A DNA stretch of 51,845 nt, taken from positions 1 to 51,845 of the forward strand of contig JASFOS010000001.1 of NCBI GenBank assembly GCA_050116415.1, written 5' to 3'. Of this stretch, positions 40,977-47,909 are shown piece after piece (position 1 is the stretch's first letter; each line of letters begins with the position of its first letter). The notes beneath the pieces are model-generated. The model saw only the letters and a list, made by a program, of their open reading frames with translations, ran no database searches and was not told the DNA's origin. The position numbers and the translations under genes were made by a program. The stretch is from Thioalkalispiraceae bacterium. GTDB taxonomy: Bacteria > Pseudomonadota > Gammaproteobacteria > UBA6429 > Thiohalophilaceae.

Positions 40977-42011
40977 TTATTTTGCGCTGTTAATGAGTCC
41001 ATTGGAAAATGATGCATGTCCGTCTGGGTAGACATAAATTGCATCATAGCCTTCGATTTTGTTAATAAGTTTTAGCCCATCTCGCTCGCCAAGAACGAAC
41101 AGGGTAGTGGAGAGGGCGTCGGTGTCAGTTGGTGACGAGCCCAATACAGTTACACTTACGCTCTTTTTTGCTGAACGACCGGTATCGGGGTTAAGTATAT
41201 GGTGATAGCGTTTTTCATCCTCGATGAAGAATCTTTCGTAATCACCAGATGTGGAAATGGCAAGATTTGAAACAGGGATGGCGATATTGTTTTTATCATG
41301 CCGGGGGTCTTTAATGGCAATAAACCAGGGCTTTCTATTTTTGGTGCCAATGGCGTAGCTGTCGCCACCTGCACTCAGATAGGCGTTGCTTATGCCATGA
41401 CCTTGTATAATTTCAATTCCTTTTTGCACGGCGAATCCTTTTGCAATACCACCCAGGTCGAGTTTGACATACTTGTTGGAAAATCTGACCGTTTTATTCT
41501 TGTTATCTAGGATTATTGCTTTGTAATTAATCTTATCGAGATTGTTTTGTATTTGTTGTTCAGAGGGTTTCTGTTTCAACCTGAAGTCATAATATTGTCC
41601 AATTGTACCGACAGTTATGTCAAATGCGCCATTCGACAATTCCGAGAAATAGATGGATTTCTCGAGCAGTGAAAAAAGCCGTTCTGGAACCTTGATCGGC
41701 CTGATCCCAGCTTCCTGGTTAACGATGGATAATAAGCTATCAGGCTTGTAATTACTCATCTCATTATTGATATCCCACATCAACTTAAAAACATCTTCTA
41801 TGGCCTGGTTAGCAACAAACGGATCAGGATGTTGCAGGTCAATGGATATCCTGGTACCCATGATTGCTTGCTCGGCGTGATACCAGTTGTTTGTGGATGT
41901 TTTCGCTGAGGCTAAAACAGGCAGAGCTGTGCAAATTAAAATCGCGCTCAGAAGCGTGCTAATTAAGGCAGAAAAGGAACGAGGGCATGCATATAACTGC
42001 TTGAAATACAT
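40977..42011 (-). CDS. apbE: FAD:protein FMN transferase (ApbE family), periplasmic
   Basis: 344 aa with a signal peptide. ApbE motifs LDLGGIAKGFAV, AISTSGDYERFF and YHHILNPDTG. Confidence 0.88.
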   Translation of the reverse strand: MYFKQLYACPRSFSALISTLLSAILICTALPVLASAKTSTNNWYHAEQAIMGTRISIDLQHPDPFVANQAIEDVFKLMWDINNEMSNYKPDSLLSIVNQEAGIRPIKVPERLFSLLEKSIYFSELSNGAFDITVGTIGQYYDFRLKQKPSEQQIQNNLDKINYKAIILDNKNKTVRFSNKYVKLDLGGIAKGFAVQKGIEIIQGHGISNAYLSAGGDSYAIGTKNRKPWFIAIKDPRHDKNNIAIPVSNLAISTSGDYERFFIEDEKRYHHILNPDTGRSAKKSVSVTVLGSSPTDTDALSTTLFVLGERDGLKLINKIEGYDAIYVYPDGHASFSNGLINSAK

Positions 42012-42063
42012 GTTGTTTTTACATCTTTATAATTTAACATAATATACATTATGCGCATATTTA

Positions 42064-43665
42064 TTATAGCGGCGCAAATGAGACCAGTTGATCGTAATTA
42101 CTGCCCAGGCCGTGATCGGGAAACTTATCTGCATTGGCAAACTGGCTAAGATCCCCATTCAAGGCCATGTAATTGAGCAGCATGGTATTGACCAGCAGGT
42201 TGACGTTGTTGGCGCATGGCGATGAACTGGTAACCACGTTGGCATCCGAGGTGTAATAACCGATTTGCTGGCGCAATTCCACGGGAATGCTGCCATCATC
42301 AATCAGTTGCGGGCGACCGCCTGGATTATAGACCAGGAAAAACGACGCCGCGGTACCCGAGTTATCACTGGTCCACTCGCCCTTGTTGCCGTTATAAATC
42401 CCGTTGGTATCCGTTGAGGTATCGACACGACCGTTACTGGAGACTGAGCCGTCACTGAATACGTACAGCATCAACGGGGTGTTTTTACGGCGGGCATATT
42501 CCAGGCAGGCGCCCATACAACGACCGGCCCGGTAATCACGTAATTCACCGGTAATACGATCACCGGTATGGTAATCAAAGCCACCCATGGTTATGGTACC
42601 GGCACCGGCATAACCGCTACAAACCAGTTTCATCACCGAGGCGGTCTTCCTGAATTCGGAATCGCTGTTATATTCCGTGGTGCTGAAAATGCCCGTGGCC
42701 CCGACGATATCCGGGTCGATGTCAGGATTCAAGGTGGTGGGGTCACCAAACTCGTTAACCAGGTCGGCACTTTTCACGTAACCGCAACGCACCATTTCCT
42801 TGATCACCGCGTCATTGGTCAGCTGGGTATTGACGTTACCGAGTTTTTTGTCACTCAGGCGCTGAATCGCTTCCATGACATGTACGGCCTGGTCGGTGGA
42901 AAACAGGTTGACCAGTTTGCCGGTATCCACCAGCCCCTGTACATCCGAGGGCCGGTCAACTTTTGTCGGTCTGACTGAAGCATCATACAGCGACATCGGC
43001 GCCATCGAATTGCCACCGGAGTCCGAGTTACGTGAGCCAATCAGGGTCAACAACCGGCCATCCTGCCCTGCTTTGTAGATCCCGTACATGGGGTTATGCG
43101 GGTTATTACCCGTGTCATTATCAGATCGTGCCGGGATCACCGTGCCATTGATAAAGTCCGCGGTACCGGCACTCAGGCTGGCTTTAATACCTTTGAGGAA
43201 ACCACTGTCAGAATGAAACGCCAGACCCAGTTCAGTGTTGATGAAATCATTGGTCGGGTTCATCGGGTCAGTCAGGTTCTGGATCGGCGGAATCATATCG
43301 CCAGGGATGCCGAGCTTGTCGTAACCGGCGGTACTGAGAAAATCCATTTGCCCACCTGCCCCGCCAACCAGTACATTGGAACCGGCAATGTTGGCGCCAC
43401 CTGCCAGGTCAAAACAGATAAACGGTATCTTGGTTGATGATGGTCGTCCACCACAATTGGTATTTAAAATATTTTCGATATCACCGGACAAGGCCGCTCT
43501 TGCCTCGCCGGGGTTGGTAAACAGACCAAACAGGCTGGGACCGGTCACCGCAGCCATACCTGAAAGAAAACCCTGTTGAATAAACTGGCGACGCGTGACG
43601 GGACGCGCGTGATCAGCATGCTTCAACGGTTCATTGGGATTAAGGTATTTTTTCTTCCTTGTCAT
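42064..43665 (-). CDS. Tat-signal protein, DUF1501-like (sulfatase/alkaline-phosphatase-superfamily-like)
   Basis: Start at ATG 43665 (14 nt after the upstream stop). Twin-arginine signal TRRQFIQQGFLSGMAAV...ARA. GGFDYHTGD resembles the DUF1501 GGWDTH motif. The family call is from memory. Confidence 0.55.
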   Translation of the reverse strand: MTRKKKYLNPNEPLKHADHARPVTRRQFIQQGFLSGMAAVTGPSLFGLFTNPGEARAALSGDIENILNTNCGGRPSSTKIPFICFDLAGGANIAGSNVLVGGAGGQMDFLSTAGYDKLGIPGDMIPPIQNLTDPMNPTNDFINTELGLAFHSDSGFLKGIKASLSAGTADFINGTVIPARSDNDTGNNPHNPMYGIYKAGQDGRLLTLIGSRNSDSGGNSMAPMSLYDASVRPTKVDRPSDVQGLVDTGKLVNLFSTDQAVHVMEAIQRLSDKKLGNVNTQLTNDAVIKEMVRCGYVKSADLVNEFGDPTTLNPDIDPDIVGATGIFSTTEYNSDSEFRKTASVMKLVCSGYAGAGTITMGGFDYHTGDRITGELRDYRAGRCMGACLEYARRKNTPLMLYVFSDGSVSSNGRVDTSTDTNGIYNGNKGEWTSDNSGTAASFFLVYNPGGRPQLIDDGSIPVELRQQIGYYTSDANVVTSSSPCANNVNLLVNTMLLNYMALNGDLSQFANADKFPDHGLGSNYDQLVSFAPL

Positions 43666-43679
43666 TTCAGCTAACCTGC

Positions 43680-46301
43680 TTATTGAATTAAGGTATTGGC
43701 ACCGGCAATCGCTGCGGTACACACGGCCTTGGTAACCAGTTGCGTCTGTTGGGCTGTATTGCACGTAGTAGCAACACATGCGTTCAAGTTGTCCATCAGG
43801 TGAATCAATTCACTTTTTGTTGTGAAGGTATCCCCTGTTGCATCAGGAACCGTACCACCTTCGGCAAACGCGCCATCATCCATCTGGTAGTCCATGCCGG
43901 TACCATTCACCGCGCTCAGTACTGGGTCAATGATGACAGAAGGATCGGCAAAGGCCACGGTGGGTGTCTGGCTAAAGTCAAAACTGCCGAACAGTGTTGA
44001 AGTGTCACCCAGGGTGGCATCGACCACAAGCGCCTGGCAATATTCCATCGCCAGCTGTGTCACACCAATGTTATGCGCGGTAACGAAAGTCTTGATATCC
44101 GGTGACGAAGGTAACTGTTGTTTTACCAGGTCATAGGTGGCGGGTATATCATAGTCATAATCATCATTGGCATGATCCAGTGCGGCTTGTTTGCTTACAC
44201 CCAGCATGCTGGAGAAAGTTTCATTGATTTCATCAAAAGTCTTGATGCCAATATCAGACGCCGGATCGGTATCGGCGGGTGTCCTGGCGGTATAGACTGG
44301 CTCCGTATAGGTTCTGGTCTCGGTACCTAACAGTTCAAAGGTCAGGAAGAATTCATCATCAGCCGAGCCTTTTTCCAGCGGGATCGTGGTGCCGATATCG
44401 GATAATAACTGCTCGTTAGCTGTTATCGTGGTATCGATATTGACATAGCCCTGGCCAACCGATGATTCCCTGGCATTGATGCCAATGCGCATTCCCTTGA
44501 TGGGAATACTGACAGAAGAAAGACCCGGATCCAGTGAAATATACCTGGGTTCGGTAAACAGGTAGCTGTAATCATCGAACTGGCTGACCAGGAACATGAT
44601 ATAGCTCTGTGCCGGTACGCCATCGATATGACTGATGTCGAATAACAGGAAGAATTTTTCACCGACACCGGCCACGAAGTTCTGGTTAATTTGCTCAGGG
44701 GTCAAGGCGCGGTTATGAATCGAGGCCATTTTAATCGTGCCTTTCCATAAATTATCATCATTACTGGCAGCCGGTTCGTTGCCCAGTACCAGTGAGAAAG
44801 TATTACTCCAGCTGTTCAAACTGCCACCCGCCTGCGCATCAGGGGCGGTTTGCAATACGCCATTGACATAAATTTTACGGCCTTCCGTGGTGGTATAGGT
44901 GGCGACTACATGTTGCAAGGTGGCTTGCAGCACTTCGGCGGCGTCCGGTGTTGACACCGCTGCTTCACCATTCAGGTCGGTCAGACTATTCCTGTTCTGG
45001 AAGTCATAATTATAAAGGGTCTGGCTCAGGCTGAAGTTACGATTACCCGGGCCGCCAGAGTAGTTGATGATCCGTGCCATTTCCTGTGTCACGTTATTGG
45101 GTGCCACCCAGGCTTCGAGTGAATATTCACCGGTAGCCTGTATCAGGTCATAGAGCTTGCCACTGCTGCTTGCACCGCCCTGGGCATAGCCACTACCGTT
45201 AATCTTGATGCCCCAGCCGCCTACCCAGCTGACATCCCCAACCAGTGACAGGTTGATGGGCTCACTGCCGCTGGTGTCATAGGCAATATTCCCCTGCCCG
45301 GTTTTGAATTCATAAAGCGCGATCTGGTTAGCTTCATAACGGGCACCACCACTGGCAACAATACCGTCTGGAATCTGCATGGCATTGCTGACCACGTTCG
45401 CCGAGGTGTCAATGGCATTGGTGGTAATACCCTGGGCAAACAAGGTAATGGCATTTTCCATGACGTTGGCGCTATCGGCACAATCATCGCCGGTATCGAA
45501 AGCCGGATCGGTGACATCCCAGCACTGATGGTTTTCGTTCCTGAGTTTTAACACCAGCCGGGAGTTACCGGGGTCATCCAGGTTGATCTTGGTCTGGGCC
45601 GCCTGGTAGGAAGAACTCAGGTTGGAGGGATCGGCAAACAGTGGATCACCCGGTCCGCTGGTATGACAAGTAGCACAAAATGGCACCAGGATCGGGTTAA
45701 AGATCAGTTCTTCGAAGCTGGTGCCGGGTCCCCCGGTGGTCGTCATGGCATCTGTCGGAAACTCCTTACCGCCACCCGGTGTACCTGAATTGGTGGGAGC
45801 GACAAGCTGGATTTCTTTGGAAAACTCTGCGGATTCACCTAACCAGGCTTCGATATAACCTTGTACTAGGTCAGCACAAACCTGGTCGCTGGCCCAGCAA
45901 TTATGACCATCCCCCTCAACCGACGGGTTACCTAATACTTGCTGAACAATTATTGATTGGGATGGGTTTTCAGCATCAATGAGACCATTGACCTCGGCGT
46001 AAGCCTGGTTGATATTCTGGTTCATGAAAAAAGGTGCCGTATCTTGCTGGTGACAGGTGGCACAATTACTTTGCAAGGTCGATTTATTCCAGAATTCAGT
46101 ACAGAAAGAATTAACATCGGCCGTGGCAGGTGCGGGATCAAGGCTACCACAACCCTGCACTACACCGGTGGTAACGTTTAAATTCGGGTTGGATGTCGTG
46201 CTTTCTCCCCCGCCACAGGCAACCAGCATGACCGCTGCAATTACCAGCAATAATGAATGTTTCAGTTTACCCAGCATCGTATTATTTATTGCGAATAACA
46301 T
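43680..46301 (-). CDS. lipoprotein with two CxxCH (planctomycete-cytochrome-like) modules and a LamG/concanavalin-like domain (873 aa)
   Basis: Lipobox MLVA|CGGG. CATCH occurs twice, each followed by H.CW and D.P..S motifs. The central region with EYSLEAWV...NFSLSQ... is LamG-like. Confidence 0.65.
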   Translation of the reverse strand: MLFAINNTMLGKLKHSLLLVIAAVMLVACGGGESTTSNPNLNVTTGVVQGCGSLDPAPATADVNSFCTEFWNKSTLQSNCATCHQQDTAPFFMNQNINQAYAEVNGLIDAENPSQSIIVQQVLGNPSVEGDGHNCWASDQVCADLVQGYIEAWLGESAEFSKEIQLVAPTNSGTPGGGKEFPTDAMTTTGGPGTSFEELIFNPILVPFCATCHTSGPGDPLFADPSNLSSSYQAAQTKINLDDPGNSRLVLKLRNENHQCWDVTDPAFDTGDDCADSANVMENAITLFAQGITTNAIDTSANVVSNAMQIPDGIVASGGARYEANQIALYEFKTGQGNIAYDTSGSEPINLSLVGDVSWVGGWGIKINGSGYAQGGASSSGKLYDLIQATGEYSLEAWVAPNNVTQEMARIINYSGGPGNRNFSLSQTLYNYDFQNRNSLTDLNGEAAVSTPDAAEVLQATLQHVVATYTTTEGRKIYVNGVLQTAPDAQAGGSLNSWSNTFSLVLGNEPAASNDDNLWKGTIKMASIHNRALTPEQINQNFVAGVGEKFFLLFDISHIDGVPAQSYIMFLVSQFDDYSYLFTEPRYISLDPGLSSVSIPIKGMRIGINARESSVGQGYVNIDTTITANEQLLSDIGTTIPLEKGSADDEFFLTFELLGTETRTYTEPVYTARTPADTDPASDIGIKTFDEINETFSSMLGVSKQAALDHANDDYDYDIPATYDLVKQQLPSSPDIKTFVTAHNIGVTQLAMEYCQALVVDATLGDTSTLFGSFDFSQTPTVAFADPSVIIDPVLSAVNGTGMDYQMDDGAFAEGGTVPDATGDTFTTKSELIHLMDNLNACVATTCNTAQQTQLVTKAVCTAAIAGANTLIQ

Positions 46302-46319
46302 AAATCAACTTCCCTATGA

Positions 46320-47579
46320 TCATGGCGTCGGAATCAAACAATATGCTGCTGCTTGAGCAAACGATTGTTTCAGGTTGTAACCACCGGTTTTAAACGCGGT
46401 CGTCATGTTCGAGACTTGTGTCCGGTCAGCACTGTTGGCGGGAGCACGTAGGCAGACGGTTTTGAATACTTTTTTCACCTGGCAACTGGCAAATTCATCT
46501 GAGCTAGCCAGTTCTGCCCCCAGCGATTTTGCACCGTTGCCGGATGCGGTAGCGCCATTCCAGCCGAGTACCGAGTTTGGCCCCTTGCGCCAGTAATTGG
46601 TCCAGCTGTCATCCGGTGTGGCAAAGCCCCACTTGAAGTTGTTGGCGTTAATCAGGTATTTGGGTTGAACACTGCCGGCGGTATAAACCAGTTGGCCGCT
46701 CTGGGCTTCAGGATCGCTGGTAGCGTCATATTGATAATCATAATAGGCGAAGGCCTGGGCCATGGGATCCATGCCGGCATGACAGCCCACGCAGTTATTC
46801 AGGTATATGCGGCTATCACCTCCGGGACTCCGTGAGACATCCTGGCGAATACGATCGGTGGCACCGGTCACATCCTTGTAATATTCAAGATCGTTACAAA
46901 AGTGGTTGAGGATGGTGAAGCGGAACATGGCGCGGTTGGTGCCATCCACGAAAAATGCCTTGGCGGCCGCGCGGGTGGTCATTACCCCTGCAGTTGCGGT
47001 TGAGGGTAGCCCCAGGGTATTGGGATTGGATTGCGTGGTTTGATACAGGTTGGCTTTTAAATCGATGCCATTTTGTTCGGCATCGGCATAATGATCGTTA
47101 TCTGTTCTTGAATAGGCAGGTAGACCGAATGGCGGTGTCGAATCCGGATTACCCACGGTATACAAAATATCGCCGGACAGAATTTGCCTGAAGTCGTGAT
47201 TATCGCGCACGATACCGATTACCGTCGCGGTGTAATCGTTAAGCGGATCAAAAATGGTTTGCGCTTCGTTGGTCCATGGCGTGACCATGTTTTTCAGGGT
47301 GACGTTATAAAATGCCGGATGATCAATGGCCACGTAGGCGGCAGCCTCGTATCCGGCTGGATGGTTTACCCCGTTATCATCGACATAGCCACTCGAGTAT
47401 GCGCTTTCCATGGCCTGCAGGGTGGCTTCGTCAGGATGCACACCGGTAATGCGGTCATGGATGCGCTTTAACTGGTCACGCGGCTCCTGCACGGCTCCCG
47501 CGGTGGTCAAAAACGTTAATATATACGAAAAAAGTAGTATTTTTATAAGTTGTTGATAACGCATCCATTCATGCCTCAA
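46320..47579 (-). CDS. secreted DUF1588-like CxxCH protein (419 aa)
   Basis: Signal peptide. CVGCHAGMDPMAQAFAYYDY resembles the C..CH...DP.G...E.FD motif of the planctomycete DUF1588/DUF1592 families. ATG 47564 is an alternative start (GAGG 9 nt upstream). Confidence 0.55.
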   Translation of the reverse strand: MRHEWMRYQQLIKILLFSYILTFLTTAGAVQEPRDQLKRIHDRITGVHPDEATLQAMESAYSSGYVDDNGVNHPAGYEAAAYVAIDHPAFYNVTLKNMVTPWTNEAQTIFDPLNDYTATVIGIVRDNHDFRQILSGDILYTVGNPDSTPPFGLPAYSRTDNDHYADAEQNGIDLKANLYQTTQSNPNTLGLPSTATAGVMTTRAAAKAFFVDGTNRAMFRFTILNHFCNDLEYYKDVTGATDRIRQDVSRSPGGDSRIYLNNCVGCHAGMDPMAQAFAYYDYQYDATSDPEAQSGQLVYTAGSVQPKYLINANNFKWGFATPDDSWTNYWRKGPNSVLGWNGATASGNGAKSLGAELASSDEFASCQVKKVFKTVCLRAPANSADRTQVSNMTTAFKTGGYNLKQSFAQAAAYCLIPTP

Positions 47580-47909
47580 GCCGTTGTGTCGGCTTTATTG
47601 TTTATTGGTTTAACTTTGAATGCTAATGGCGAAATATGCAAATATCGGTTAGCCATTTGGTGACAAGTCTCTCAAAAACAGCGACAAAAGGTAGTAATGT
47701 GATGATGGGCGTCAATTACCTTATTACTGTTCATGGTTAATAGCCAACACTATATAAATACAGCAAATTCTCCAACCAGAGAAAGATGTTTCGACCGCGG
47801 GTGAACACAGTCACAAATCACAAAATTAATACCATTCATCCGAATCGGCTGTTATACAATTTAAATACTGGTTAGATTCCATTTATTTAGATGGACATAG
47901 AAAATAAGA

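Noticed and set aside
24985-42063. tRNA-Leu-linked integrative island with att repeats, integrase or transposase.
   Set aside because: No recombinase-like ORF is present. I found no copy of the tRNA-Leu 3' end near the right GC boundary by eye, and the clear GC drop starts ~1.6 kb from the tRNA. A computed repeat search would be needed to exclude short att sites.
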